NCBI GenBank assembly: GCA_963666485.2
Contig: CAXXUO010000003.1
Coordinates: 320,001-384,000, forward strand
Length of the DNA: 64,000 nt
DNA from: Syntrophorhabdaceae bacterium
Lineage (GTDB): Bacteria; Desulfobacterota; Syntrophorhabdia; Syntrophorhabdales; Syntrophorhabdaceae
Direction of reading: 5' to 3'
Shown one piece after another: positions 8,627 to 18,835 of the stretch. Position 1 is the stretch's first letter. Each line of letters opens with the position of its first letter. The notes below the pieces were generated by a model. It did not search any database, was not told the DNA's origin, and worked only from the letters and a program-made list of their open reading frames with translations. Both the position numbers and the translations under genes were made by a program.

Positions 8627-9439
8627 TTAGGGCATCCTCAAGAGGATTGCCGCTGCGAGCAGCACCAAAATTTCCGAAAGTTCATGGATGCATCCGAGGT
8701 TATCCCCCGTGAGGCCGCCGAACCGGGCGGTGAAAAGGGCGCGCATTGCGTATCCTCCAATCAGTGAGGCTGCGGCGCCGGCGAAGAAGAATGTGGGGAA
8801 ATTGCGCATTGCGTAAGGGCAGGCGAGATAGCAGGTCCCATAAACGACTCCCGCAAGGCCCGCCGTGATGACGCACTCGAGCACGACATGCGAGGTCTTC
8901 AATTTTCCGAGGAACAGCGTCCCGAGGCCGTCATTGCGGGCGCTTATCGCCCCCGGCATCATCATCGTCATGGACCATGCCGAGATCATCGGGAAGATGA
9001 AAATGACGGGATCGATACCCCGGCAAGGCGCCTCCAGAACATCCTTGAGAAGGGCATATTTGAGGAGCATAAAGGCGGCAATGGCGGTAATGCCGATGGG
9101 ACCGGCAGTGCTGTCGCGCATGACGGCAAGCCTTTTCTCCCGGTCCTGCGGTCCATTCCCTGTCGATCTCACGGCAAGGGCGTCGAATGTGTCCGACAGT
9201 CCGTCCTGGTGAAACGCGCCGTTCGTAAGGAGATACGCCATGATCAGCACAGCCGCCGCTACCGCCGGTGACAGGGATTTCGTGATAAGGTAAGCGACGG
9301 TTGCAAGGAAAAGCCCCTGGAAGAAACCCACCACAGGGAAGAACGCCGCCGACCACCTCAGGTCATCGACTGAAACCTCGCCCCGCGTGCGTATCGGGAC
9401 GATCGTCAGGAATTGAAAGGCCGCGAGTATCTTCTTCAC
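8627..9439 (-). CDS. cobS: Adenosylcobinamide-GDP ribazoletransferase (cobalamin synthase)
   Basis: AFQFLTIVP, GAFHQDGLSDTFD, MRDS..G, FGGLTGDNLG. Confidence 0.93.
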   Translation of the reverse strand: MKKILAAFQFLTIVPIRTRGEVSVDDLRWSAAFFPVVGFFQGLFLATVAYLITKSLSPAVAAAVLIMAYLLTNGAFHQDGLSDTFDALAVRSTGNGPQDREKRLAVMRDSTAGPIGITAIAAFMLLKYALLKDVLEAPCRGIDPVIFIFPMISAWSMTMMMPGAISARNDGLGTLFLGKLKTSHVVLECVITAGLAGVVYGTCYLACPYAMRNFPTFFFAGAAASLIGGYAMRALFTARFGGLTGDNLGCIHELSEILVLLAAAILLRMP

Positions 9440-9463
9440 AGGTTCCTACCCATCACTCATCGC

Positions 9464-10531
9464 CTATTGCCCATCGCCCATCTTCTTATTCACCCCCGCC
9501 TCCTCGAACGTAGCCATTTCCCGGTATATCTTCACCCCCGCCTCGATAAGATACATTGCAAGGGCAGCACCCGTTCCTTCCCCCAGTCTTAAATTGAGAT
9601 CAAGTATCGGCTCGAGCCCCATTGTCTCGAGCATGATGCCCTGGCCAGGCTCGACGGAGTTGTGCGCAGCGAACATGTATTCCGCAGAATGCCTGTTAAT
9701 GCCATATGCTATCATCGCCCCAGCGGTCGATATAAGGCCGTCGATGACAACGGGGATGCGGCGCGAAGCGGCGCCGAGTATGAGCCCCGCGATCCCGCCG
9801 ATCTCAGCGCCCCCGATGGCAGCCAGAACACCGACAGGGTCCGATGGATCAGGCCTGTTAAGAGCGATCGCGTCTTCGATCACCCGTATTTTATGCCCGA
9901 TATGATCATCGTCGATGCCGGCCCCGTAACCTGTGACCTCGGCGGCGGGCGTGCCGGTCATCACCGAGGCGATAGCGCTGGATGGCGTAGTATTGCCGAT
10001 TCCCATATCTCCGGTCGCAAAAAGGGAATAGCCTTTGCCGGCGTACTCGTACGCAAGTTCGGCGCCTGCTTCGATGGTACGCAGGGCCTCGTCGCGGGTC
10101 ATCGCCGGCCCTTTGCGCATATTCCGCGTACCGCGGACTATTTTCTTTCGGATGAGCGCAGGGTGATCGGCGATATCGCCGGCGACACCGATATCGATGA
10201 CGACGACATCCGCCCCGGCGTGGCGGCCAAGGACGTTGATAGCGGCCCCGCCGTCGAGGAAATTAAGCACCATCTGGGCGGTCACTTCCTTCGGGTAGGC
10301 CGACACCCCTTCCTCCACGACGCCGTGATCACCTGCAAACGTGAAGATCGCTTTTCTTCCGATGAAGGGCGGCATCTCGAGGCCCGTGATCGCCACGATA
10401 CGTTTCGCGAAATCCTCGATCCTGCCCAGGCTCCCCTGTGGTTTGGTCAGGCTGTCGAGGCGTGCCGACGCTATTTTCAAAAGCTTTCTATCGATCGGGT
10501 CGATGTGGAGACCTGCAAGGTCCATTGTCAT
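9464..10531 (-). CDS. cobT: Nicotinate-nucleotide--dimethylbenzimidazole phosphoribosyltransferase
   Basis: [40 protein letters not shown]. Confidence 0.96.
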   Translation of the reverse strand: MTMDLAGLHIDPIDRKLLKIASARLDSLTKPQGSLGRIEDFAKRIVAITGLEMPPFIGRKAIFTFAGDHGVVEEGVSAYPKEVTAQMVLNFLDGGAAINVLGRHAGADVVVIDIGVAGDIADHPALIRKKIVRGTRNMRKGPAMTRDEALRTIEAGAELAYEYAGKGYSLFATGDMGIGNTTPSSAIASVMTGTPAAEVTGYGAGIDDDHIGHKIRVIEDAIALNRPDPSDPVGVLAAIGGAEIGGIAGLILGAASRRIPVVIDGLISTAGAMIAYGINRHSAEYMFAAHNSVEPGQGIMLETMGLEPILDLNLRLGEGTGAALAMYLIEAGVKIYREMATFEEAGVNKKMGDGQ

Positions 10532-11046
10532 GCTCCCTTTATTTTCATGGGGATCCCGGCCACCATGAAGTAGACATCCGTTGCCGCCGCGGCAATACCG
10601 GCATTCAGGCGGCCAAGGTCGTCCCTGTATTGCCTGCCGAGCGGCACTTCGGGCACAAGGCCGAGGCCCACCTCGTTCGATACCATGTAAAGGTCTGATA
10701 GCCCCGTGTTCGAGATTGCCTCCAGAAGCTGACCGGCATAGTGATCAAAGTCAAGGCCTCGTACCAGCAGGTTCGACACCCAGAGGGTTAGACAATCTAC
10801 AAGGACCACGGGATGGTCCGGCGCGACGCGTGATATGAGCGCCGGCAGTTCCACGGGTTCCTCGAATGTGGTCCAGTCAGGGGCACGTTCGCTCTTATGC
10901 CGGGAAATGCGCAGCGCCATTTCATCATCGAGCGCTTCGGCAGTGGCGATAAACGCCTTTTTTCCGGGCAGCAGCGACGCTTCGCCCAGGGCAAACGAGC
11001 TTTTTCCGCTGCGCGCCCCCCCCAGAACGATCACCCTTTTTGACAT
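10528..11046 (-). CDS. cobU: Adenosylcobinamide kinase/phosphate guanylyltransferase
   Basis: [28 protein letters not shown]. Confidence 0.95.
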   Translation of the reverse strand: MSKRVIVLGGARSGKSSFALGEASLLPGKKAFIATAEALDDEMALRISRHKSERAPDWTTFEEPVELPALISRVAPDHPVVLVDCLTLWVSNLLVRGLDFDHYAGQLLEAISNTGLSDLYMVSNEVGLGLVPEVPLGRQYRDDLGRLNAGIAAAATDVYFMVAGIPMKIKGA

Positions 11047-11831
11047 TTTTCCTTTACCTCCTCCGGGACGATCAGTACAAAAGGTTTACCGGAAAGCGGG
11101 TTCTCCCGGACAATGACCACCGTCTTGTAGACCTCTTCAATGGCGCGGTAGTCGAGCACTTCAGCCGGCGGTCCGCACTTTTGAACCCGGCCGTCGCCGA
11201 AAAGGACTATCGTGTCGCAATATTCCGATGCCAGGTTGAGGTCGTGCAGGATGATGACCACCGTCAGGCCTTCCTGCCGGTTGAGCCGTCTCACGAGGTC
11301 GAGTATGCCCACCTGGTGCGTTATGTCGAGATGCGACGTCGGTTCGTCGAGAAGAAGGACCTTCGGTTCCTGTGCAAGACCGCGGGCAATGAACGCAAGC
11401 TGGACCTCCCCGGCACTCATCTCCGACATAAGGGCGTCCTTGAGCCGGGCGATACCCGTGAGTTCCATGGCTTTATTTGCAATGAGGCCGTCCCGGCCGT
11501 CCTCAAAGAACTGGAACCTCCTGTAATAGGGCGTCCTGCCCAGGAGAACGAATTCCCTGACCGTCATGGGGAGGGAAGGGACGGTCTGGGAAACGACGGC
11601 AAGGGACCTCGCGACCTGGTTGACGCGAAGCTGCCGCATATCCGTACCTTCGAGAAGGACCTCTCCCCCGGTTATCTTGACGAGCCGCGTGACCGCCTTC
11701 AGCAGGGTGGTCTTGCCGGACCCGTTCGGCCCTATTATTCCGAAAAATTGTCCCTTGCGGACAGACAGGCTCACATCTCTCAGGATCGTTTTGTCGCCGT
11801 ATCCGCACGTTAGGCCCCTTATTTCGATCAC
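11031..11831 (-). CDS. btuD: Corrinoid ABC transporter ATP-binding subunit
   Basis: GPNGSGKT, LLLDEPTSHLD, LHDLNLA; operon context. Confidence 0.88.
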   Translation of the reverse strand: MIEIRGLTCGYGDKTILRDVSLSVRKGQFFGIIGPNGSGKTTLLKAVTRLVKITGGEVLLEGTDMRQLRVNQVARSLAVVSQTVPSLPMTVREFVLLGRTPYYRRFQFFEDGRDGLIANKAMELTGIARLKDALMSEMSAGEVQLAFIARGLAQEPKVLLLDEPTSHLDITHQVGILDLVRRLNRQEGLTVVIILHDLNLASEYCDTIVLFGDGRVQKCGPPAEVLDYRAIEEVYKTVVIVRENPLSGKPFVLIVPEEVKEKCQKG

Positions 11832-12847
11832 AGGACACCTCCGGGGCGCCCCGACAGGTGGTAGCGGCTCAAGATGTAAATGAAGATAATGCCCCCGGCG
11901 ATACCGGTTATGACACCGACGGGAAGCTCGACGGGTGCGAGGACGACACGCGCGATGGTATCGCAGAAGATGAGAAAACCCGCGCCGGTAAAAAATGAGA
12001 CAACGACGAGTTTCCTGTGGTCATAGCCGGTCAGGATCCGGACAAAATGCGGCACGATGAGGCCCACAAAACCTATGATGCCTGTCAGGGACACACTGAT
12101 GCCGGTAAGCAGCGACGCCAGGATGAAAAGCTGCTTCTTGGTCCTTTCCGTATCGACACCGAGGTGAACGGCCTCCTCTTCTCCCAGGGACAGTGCATTG
12201 AGGGCCGGCGCAAGCATATACGAGAGGACAAGCCCGAGGAGGGCAATGACGCTGACAATAAATATGAGGGCTGAGTTCGGCTCCTCGAGCGACCCCATGA
12301 TCCAGAAGACGATGCTGTGAAGTTCCTCGGTCTTCGATATCGCCAGAATAAGGACAACGAGCGATGAGGAGATAAAACTCGTCATGACGCCTGTCAGGAG
12401 GATGCCCTGCATCCGCGCGACATTCCGGCGCATGTTGACGAAATAGAGGGGAAGGATAACGAGGCATGACCCGATGAACCCGGATGCCGGCAGGGCGACG
12501 GCCGGGAAGATATTCTGTAATTTCAGGATGATGCACACTGCGGCACCCAGGGCTCCCCCGCCCGATATCCCGAGCGTGTACGGCTCGACGAGGGGATTGC
12601 GGAACATGCCCTGCAGGATGACCCCTGCGACCGAGAGGGCGCCGCCGACCGCGAAGCCCAGCATGACGCGCGGAAGCCGTATGTCGACAAGGATGCTGTA
12701 TTCCGGTGTGACAGCACCGGCCGTGATTATCGGGAATACCCTCCTCAAGGGAATCCCGGCGGACCCGCTCATAAGGGCGACGGCAACCGCGGCCGCCAGG
12801 AAGAGGATAGCGCATGGCAGGATGAACGCCATGTTCCTCGTCTTCAT
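11828..12847 (-). CDS. btuC: Corrinoid ABC transporter permease (FecCD family)
   Basis: IRLPR, QGMFRNPLVEPYTLG, GIIGFVGLIVPH, ELPVG. Confidence 0.9.
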   Translation of the reverse strand: MKTRNMAFILPCAILFLAAAVAVALMSGSAGIPLRRVFPIITAGAVTPEYSILVDIRLPRVMLGFAVGGALSVAGVILQGMFRNPLVEPYTLGISGGGALGAAVCIILKLQNIFPAVALPASGFIGSCLVILPLYFVNMRRNVARMQGILLTGVMTSFISSSLVVLILAISKTEELHSIVFWIMGSLEEPNSALIFIVSVIALLGLVLSYMLAPALNALSLGEEEAVHLGVDTERTKKQLFILASLLTGISVSLTGIIGFVGLIVPHFVRILTGYDHRKLVVVSFFTGAGFLIFCDTIARVVLAPVELPVGVITGIAGGIIFIYILSRYHLSGRPGGVL

Positions 12848-13731
12848 TTCGGGCCTCCCGTGCGGTCAGGGTGCAGGAGGGTCACAATGTGCCGTAATGA
12901 CCGCACAAAACCTTCAGGGGTAGGGCTGCACACATCGTCGGAATCAATGACGAATATTCTCCCCCCCTTGACGGCGTTCACCGACCTATAACGTTTCCAT
13001 GCCTTTACCTCGTTCTCGCCGCTCAATTCCATCGTGACGATGAGTATCACATCGGGATTGCGCATGATCGCCTCTTCGCGCCCGACGCTTCCTGACGGGG
13101 CGTCACGGAATATGTTCTGCGCCCCCGAGAATTCGAGGTAATCATTCACAAAAAAATCCGCGGTTGCGACGAAGAAGGGTTTCAAGCCGAGCTCGATCAT
13201 GACCCGCGGCTTCTTGAGGTTGCGCGTGCTTTTACGAATAGCCTCGACCTCGGCCTGCGCCTTGCTGACGATGCGCCGGGCTTTGTCACCCGTGCCGGTC
13301 GCCTTCCCTATCTCGAGGAAGACAGTACAGACCCCGGAGAACGTCCTGGGTATTTCATAGGTCAGAACTTTGAGGCCGAGCGAGCGCATTTTCGCGATAG
13401 CCTTCTGGTTCGTGAGGCCCATCGCCAGCACAAGGTCCGGCCGCAACGTGACGATCTTTTCGAGGTCCGGCTCGATCACGGTCCCGACAACGGGCTTTGA
13501 TCGTGCGTCGGCCGGGCGGTCGCAATATGTCGTGACGCCGGCGATACTTTCTTTGAGCCCGAGGAGATAGAGCGATTCCGTAATTGCGGGGCTCAGCGAT
13601 ATGATGCGGGCCGGGTGTGGCGCCGGGCGGGCACTGCCGGCCCCGGCGTGCCCGGCAAGGCATAACAGGGCCGCGAGGATGAGCACGATGACCGGGAATA
13701 CCGCCTTTAGCCCTGGACAGCGAAGGATCAT
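12844..13731 (-). CDS. btuF: Corrinoid-binding periplasmic protein
   Basis: RIISLSPAITE, GVTTYCDRP, PDLEKIVTLRPDLV. Confidence 0.88.
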   Translation of the reverse strand: MILRCPGLKAVFPVIVLILAALLCLAGHAGAGSARPAPHPARIISLSPAITESLYLLGLKESIAGVTTYCDRPADARSKPVVGTVIEPDLEKIVTLRPDLVLAMGLTNQKAIAKMRSLGLKVLTYEIPRTFSGVCTVFLEIGKATGTGDKARRIVSKAQAEVEAIRKSTRNLKKPRVMIELGLKPFFVATADFFVNDYLEFSGAQNIFRDAPSGSVGREEAIMRNPDVILIVTMELSGENEVKAWKRYRSVNAVKGGRIFVIDSDDVCSPTPEGFVRSLRHIVTLLHPDRTGGPK

Positions 13732-14408
13732 GGCCCTCCTTGTATAAAAGGATCGGTTATATTAAGGAAGAAGTATTCCCCGTCGGACCGGGCGCCGCCC
13801 CTGCCGAAAACGACAGGGTTCCTGAAGACGGGCCCGTCATATACGAAGGTGTGATATTCCCCCGCCTCGCCGCAGATATCGATGCCCTGCGCCCCGATGT
13901 CGTTCATGAAGGCATCATCTATTTCCCGCCCGATCCAGGACTCGTCGAGATATCTCTTGTCGACGGCAACTATCGCGGCTTTGAAGCCGGAACGGATGAA
14001 CTCTCTCAGCAGGTCATCCCTTTTTTCACACCACAGGGGGAGGGAAGGCGATATCGAACATTCCTTCGAGACCCGTTCAACCCACGCGCGGTGCTCCTCG
14101 AGGTCGATGTCCCCGAAGATGCCGTGGCATATTCCTTCGCCGGGCATTGTGCGGAGAATGGCCTTGAACTCATTTTCATACGTGTCCCAGGTCGCCGGCC
14201 GCTGGATGAGGGGGATACCGATCGCCCTGGCCTGCAGTTGAATAAGCCCGGCACTGATCCCGTGGGTACGCGAGTGCTCCCCGTCCTCGGTCATCATGTT
14301 TATGAGGCGTGTCACGTTGACCCCTGACCTAATCGCCCTGAAAAGAGACAGCACACTCTCCTTGCCGCCGCTCCACGAGCAGAAAGCCTTGTTTTGTGAG
14401 CTATTCAT
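13728..14408 (-). CDS. DUF71/COG2102 diphthine--ammonia ligase-like PP-loop ATPase
   Basis: SWSGGKES, FGDIDLEEHRAW, LPLW, DICGEAGEYHTFVYDGP; ATGA overlap with the upstream gene. Confidence 0.9.
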   Translation of the reverse strand: MNSSQNKAFCSWSGGKESVLSLFRAIRSGVNVTRLINMMTEDGEHSRTHGISAGLIQLQARAIGIPLIQRPATWDTYENEFKAILRTMPGEGICHGIFGDIDLEEHRAWVERVSKECSISPSLPLWCEKRDDLLREFIRSGFKAAIVAVDKRYLDESWIGREIDDAFMNDIGAQGIDICGEAGEYHTFVYDGPVFRNPVVFGRGGARSDGEYFFLNITDPFIQGGP

Positions 14409-15325
14409 AATGAACCCCTTTCTACCCATCCGCAGACCCTGCAATGGCTGCGGCCCTCATGGATACCGGCCCCGCATCCGGGGCACGCCCTCTGCCCGTT
14501 TACGGGCCGAGGTATCCGTCCGATGACCTGCCTGTATATCTCATAGTAATATGAATGGGCCTTGTTCATAAAATAAATTCCATGTTGCCGCATGCTTTCA
14601 CGGAGTTCGCTATCCGATATGCGGGCCTCGAAAAAGTCATTGAGCGCTGTCATGCCTGATCCCGTCTCGAGGGGCCTTTTGTCCTGCCAGAGGATTGCCT
14701 CCGGCAAATAGCCGCTCAAGGCCTCCCTGAGGACCCATTTGCCGTGCACCGTTCCTTGCCGCTCACGTATCTTCCATTCGCGCCCGGTAGCCAGGGCCAG
14801 CCGTATTATGTCAGGATGCAGGAAGGGCTGCACTATAGTGACCCCGAAGTGCCTGCCAAGGGGATTCGAGCTGAACGTCATGGTCAGGGACAGGTCCCGG
14901 ATATACGTGTCGAGGTCGTGTATACCGCGCATATAGGAGTAGCCTGCGAAGATCTCGTCCGACCCGTCGCCCGTAATGACAGAATGAAAACCCATATCCT
15001 GTGCCTTCTTCAAACCGAAATAGACGGCCAGATCGTTCGGCACCGCCGGATCGAAGGTCTTCAGTGCGGCAATGAGGTCCGGCAGTGCATTGAGGGCCTC
15101 ATCCCGGGATACGACGACATGCGTCAGGTCCATGTTCAGTGCGTCGGCGGCCTGACGGGCATATTCGAGGTCGGGTGCATCATCGCCGAGCGTGACGACA
15201 ATGCCCTTTGAGCACCCGGTAAGTGCGGCCGCTGCCGATGAGTCGAGGCCTCCCGAAAAAAGCGCACCGTCAGCCTGAAGTCCCGAGCATACCTCGCAAA
15301 GTGCACGGTAAAGCCGCCCTGGCAC
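14405..15325 (-). CDS. Asparagine synthase-like synthetase domain (no glutaminase) with C-terminal Zn-ribbon
   Basis: FSGGLDSS, TGDGSDEIFAGY, PFL, KWVLRE, LP..I.W..K; CPGC..CRVC at the C-terminus; probable GTG start at 15325. Confidence 0.85.
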   Translation of the reverse strand: MPGRLYRALCEVCSGLQADGALFSGGLDSSAAAALTGCSKGIVVTLGDDAPDLEYARQAADALNMDLTHVVVSRDEALNALPDLIAALKTFDPAVPNDLAVYFGLKKAQDMGFHSVITGDGSDEIFAGYSYMRGIHDLDTYIRDLSLTMTFSSNPLGRHFGVTIVQPFLHPDIIRLALATGREWKIRERQGTVHGKWVLREALSGYLPEAILWQDKRPLETGSGMTALNDFFEARISDSELRESMRQHGIYFMNKAHSYYYEIYRQVIGRIPRPVNGQRACPGCGAGIHEGRSHCRVCGWVERGSL

Positions 15326-15344
15326 GTCGCCAACTCCCGACTTT

Positions 15345-17345
15345 TCAAAATTTATAGGTATACTGCACCCCCAGGAGGTAATTGCGTTCCGGCGACGGGT
15401 AGAAGTACTGCATCGCTCCCGCATTTGAGACGACCCCGTATTCGCTGTACTGCCTGTCGAACATATTCTTGACTGCACCCGTGATCTTAAAGCCCTTCCA
15501 TATGTAAACGGCCGACAGGTCAAAAACCGTGAAACCGCCCATCTTCGGGAAGGTGTTCTCGATATCGCTCGTCATGTACCTGTCACCGACATAGCGCGAA
15601 GCGAATGTGACGGTCAGCGCGTCTACGGCCCAGGAGAGCGCCGCATTGAACTTGTTGGCAGGCACCATCGGTATGCGCTTCCCGTTCAGATCGTCCCCGT
15701 CGAAGACCGCGTCGAGATACGTGTAGCCGAGATCGAGCCTCAAGCCCGGTACGATGATCCAGAAGAGGGTGGCCTCGATGCCCTGCCGCATGGTCTTCGG
15801 GTAATTTGCATTCTGATAGGTGAGGGGGTTGTAGTAAATTTCGTTCTTGTAGAGCCCGTAAAACCCTGTAACGCTCGTTCCCAAATAACTCGTGAAATTG
15901 TAGCGTATGCCGACGTCTATCTCTTTTCCCGTCTGGGGCTCCAGGTTCTCGTTGATGGGCGGCACGGAGAACGGGCTGAAATATTCGTCGGTTACCGGGA
16001 ACCGGAACCCGGTGGCAAATGTAGCGAAGACGTTGCCTTTCTCCGGAATGATATAATTGAGGCCCACCCGCCAGGCATCCTTGTCCTTTTTGACGAAGTC
16101 ATTTATGGGTGCCATGACGCCCGTATTATCGGTGTAGTCGAAGTCATACCTTACCTTCGCGAGGCGGTATGCCGCCGTGAAAAGGAGGTTTTTCGTGACG
16201 AAAAGCTCATCGTTGGCGTAGAATCCCCACTCCGTCTTATTGATGTTGGTGTTGGAGTCTGCGCCGGAACCGGAGTCGACACTCCGGCTTGGTGAGTAAT
16301 AATAGTCGATACCGGCGACCAGGGTGTTTTTGAAGGAGAACACATCCTCTCTTACCGTGATCTTCGGTGTCACTGACATTGTTTCGAACAGTCTCATCGC
16401 GTCCCATGACATGCCGTTCGCGTTCGGGTCGTAATGGAATGACGTGTGCCTCCTGCGATACGCCGCACCAAGCGACAGCTGCACCGTATCCGAGGCCTTC
16501 ATGACAGCCTCCATGTCGACGAAATTGTCCTCGGTGTTTCCCCTGTCGAGCGGCGTGGCGGAATCCTTTCCGTCATAGATCCCCGTGTTGAGCTGAAATG
16601 CGGAGAGCGGGCCCGGCAGGCCGTAGTTGTCCGTGTGATGCCCGGCCTTCAGGTTTACGGTAAGACGGCCGGCGAGATCATACGAGAAGGAACCGAAGAC
16701 GTCTTTTGCGCTCAGGTCATTGTTGTGCCGGTATCCCGTCGTATCGTACGACGAGGTCAGCACGTTGTAGGAAAAGGCGCCCTGTTTACCCGACACCCCG
16801 AGGTAGGGGTTGTACAGGTCGTAACTGCCGGTGTTCAAGCCGGAAATTATGGCCGGTTTTCCTTCACCCTTTCTGAGTAGAATGTTGATCACGCCGCCTA
16901 TGGCATTATCACCATACAGGGCGCTTGCGGGGCCGCGGTATATTTCGATGCGTTCTATCATCTCGATCGGTACCTGCATGAGGTCCACGTACGAAAGGTT
17001 GATGTCGTTGACGCGCCGTCCGTCTACCAGGAACAGCGTATTTTGGGGAGCACTCTCACCGAAACCACGGATGTCAACCGCGGAAAACTTCGGGTTGCTG
17101 AGCAGGCTCCGGGCGAATATACCCTGCTCGTCCTTGAAGACGTCAGTCAGGCTGCGTACGCCTTTCTCCTCGATCTGTTCCCGGGTGATTATGGAGACGT
17201 TGGCCGGGACCTCTTTGATCTTGGCCTCAGAGCGTGTCGCTGTCACGACGATGCTGTCCATCGTGTACGGGGCTTCCTGCGGGAAGGATGGAGAGGGGGT
17301 AAAAACCGATAAAAAGATCAGAAAAAGGAAAAAACCGCGGGCCAT
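15345..17345 (-). CDS. btuB: TonB-dependent corrinoid receptor
   Basis: Signal peptide, IVVTATR TonB box, IERIEIYRGPASALYG plug, C-terminal F; directly downstream of the B12 riboswitch. Confidence 0.9.
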   Translation of the reverse strand: MARGFFLFLIFLSVFTPSPSFPQEAPYTMDSIVVTATRSEAKIKEVPANVSIITREQIEEKGVRSLTDVFKDEQGIFARSLLSNPKFSAVDIRGFGESAPQNTLFLVDGRRVNDINLSYVDLMQVPIEMIERIEIYRGPASALYGDNAIGGVINILLRKGEGKPAIISGLNTGSYDLYNPYLGVSGKQGAFSYNVLTSSYDTTGYRHNNDLSAKDVFGSFSYDLAGRLTVNLKAGHHTDNYGLPGPLSAFQLNTGIYDGKDSATPLDRGNTEDNFVDMEAVMKASDTVQLSLGAAYRRRHTSFHYDPNANGMSWDAMRLFETMSVTPKITVREDVFSFKNTLVAGIDYYYSPSRSVDSGSGADSNTNINKTEWGFYANDELFVTKNLLFTAAYRLAKVRYDFDYTDNTGVMAPINDFVKKDKDAWRVGLNYIIPEKGNVFATFATGFRFPVTDEYFSPFSVPPINENLEPQTGKEIDVGIRYNFTSYLGTSVTGFYGLYKNEIYYNPLTYQNANYPKTMRQGIEATLFWIIVPGLRLDLGYTYLDAVFDGDDLNGKRIPMVPANKFNAALSWAVDALTVTFASRYVGDRYMTSDIENTFPKMGGFTVFDLSAVYIWKGFKITGAVKNMFDRQYSEYGVVSNAGAMQYFYPSPERNYLLGVQYTYKF

Positions 17346-17382
17346 GAGAATCTCCTTATGCCTCGTAAGGATATGTCTCGAT

Positions 17383-17548
17383 ATTCAGCCCAAGGTTTCC
17401 TGACTTAAGGGGAATGAGAGCCGGCGCGCCTTCCCATCGCGGATACGCCGCGAAAGTGGCCGGCCTTAAAGGCCATGCGCCGCTTAGCCCCATCACAGTT
17501 GCGGGACAGCGGAAGGTTTTCACTTCACTTCCCTTGGAGGCTGAACTG
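17383..17548 (-). ncRNA. Cobalamin riboswitch
   Basis: Minus strand reads AGGGAAGTG..GTGAAA..CTGTCCCGCAACTGTGA...GCCACT...GGGAAGG...AAGTCAGGAAACCT (B12 box); outer stem TTCAGCC/GGCTGAA. Confidence 0.93.
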
Positions 17549-17670
17549 TAACGAGTATGGCTACTTTTTAACATACAAAGCAGGGAAAAAACAAAGGATA
17601 TATCACGCCCTGGCGCCGTTCGGGCCCGCTCCATTTGTTTTTACCCTTCCGTTTTGATAAGGTATAGACC

Positions 17671-18084
17671 ATGGACAGGTGTGAAGAGGTTAAACGGAAG
17701 TTCAACGAATGCAATGTGAGCGGCCTTCTGGGGATAACCATCGATCACGTGGAGGAAGGTTTTGCCCGCGGCAGTATGGAGATTGCGAAGAAGCATACAA
17801 ATGTCTTCGGAGGGATTCACGGGGGCATCCTTTTCGCGTTCGCCGACCAGGTCGGCGGGGCGTGCGGGAACAGCATGGATTACAAGGCTCTCCTGATCGA
17901 ATCGGTTGCCCGTTTCAAAAAGTCGGCGAGGGAAGGGGAGGTCATTTACGCCGAGGCCCGTCTGACACACTCGCGAAGGCAGAGGGACATCATAGAGATC
18001 ACCGTCACGAATGCGAGCCAGGAAGTACTGGCCGTGCTGAAAATGACGTCTTTCATAGTCGGGAATGCGCCAAAGACTTCTTAA
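17671..18084 (+). CDS. PaaI-family hotdog thioesterase
   Basis: HTNVFGGIHGGILFAFADQVGG. Confidence 0.88.
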   Translation: MDRCEEVKRKFNECNVSGLLGITIDHVEEGFARGSMEIAKKHTNVFGGIHGGILFAFADQVGGACGNSMDYKALLIESVARFKKSAREGEVIYAEARLTHSRRQRDIIEITVTNASQEVLAVLKMTSFIVGNAPKTS

Positions 18085-18699
18085 CATTTTTGACAGATTG
18101 CTCGGGAGATTCGGGGAAAGGCACTGGTGGCCAGGGGAAACGCCCCTCGAGATCATCGTCGGCGCTGTCCTTACGCAGAACACGTCCTGGAAAAACGTAG
18201 AGAAGGCTATAAACAACCTGAAAGCCGCAGATCTCCTCGACCTTGAGCGCTTATACAGCGTGAGGGATGAAGTTCTTGCCGAAAACATCAGGTCTTCAGG
18301 GTATTATAATTTAAAAACGAAGAGATTAAAGAATATTATTAATGTAATATATGAAGAATTCAATGCATCTATCGACCATTTAAAGGAAGTAGAACTATCT
18401 CAACTGCGCATACGGCTATTGGCCATCAAAGGCATCGGGGAGGAAACCGCGGACAGCATACTGCTCTATGCGCTCGAAAAGCGGTCTTTGTTATAGATGC
18501 GTATACGAAACGCTTCCTTGCCAACCATCGCCTCTATAAAGGGAAATGCACGTACGGGGACGCGCAGCATTTCTTCATGTCCAAACTGCCATCGGACGTC
18601 TATCTTTTCAATGAGTATCATGCGTTGATCGTGGCGCTTGGGCAGACGCACTGTTTTAAGGTCCCGAAATGCGGGGAATGCCCGCTAAAAGGGATATAG
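18065..18699 (+). pseudogene. Endonuclease III-related HhH-GPD glycosylase split by a 1-nt frameshift
   Basis: WWPGET..GAVLTQNTSWKNV..KGIGEETADSILLYA stops at 18496. An alternate frame from 18484 continues VFVIDAYTKRF...EYHALIV..HC..PKCGECPL* to 18699. Confidence 0.85.
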
Positions 18700-18721
18700 G
18701 GTACCATACGGCCCTCGCGCC

Positions 18722-18835
18722 GTCACCCCGGCCCAGGAGCCGGGGCCCAAGTTTTTCTTGTTAACGTCAGAAAATTAATGAATAAAAGAGATAAAAAAGG
18801 CAAAACCTTGGGTCCCGGGTCAAGCCCGGGATGAC
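18722..18835. repeat. Inverted pair of REP-like palindromes
   Basis: GTCACCCCGGCCCAGGAGCCGGGGCCCA (from 18722) versus the reverse complement GTCATCCCGGGCTTGACCCGGGACCCA (about 18809-18835), separated by an AT-rich spacer. Confidence 0.7.

Noticed and set aside
15326..15523. Long N-terminal extension of the asnB-like ORF, and similar extensions for porA 20784, ftsH 37156, GYD 20623 and DUF362 58356
   Set aside because: They overlap neighbouring genes or promoters; downstream starts with RBS or translational coupling fit better
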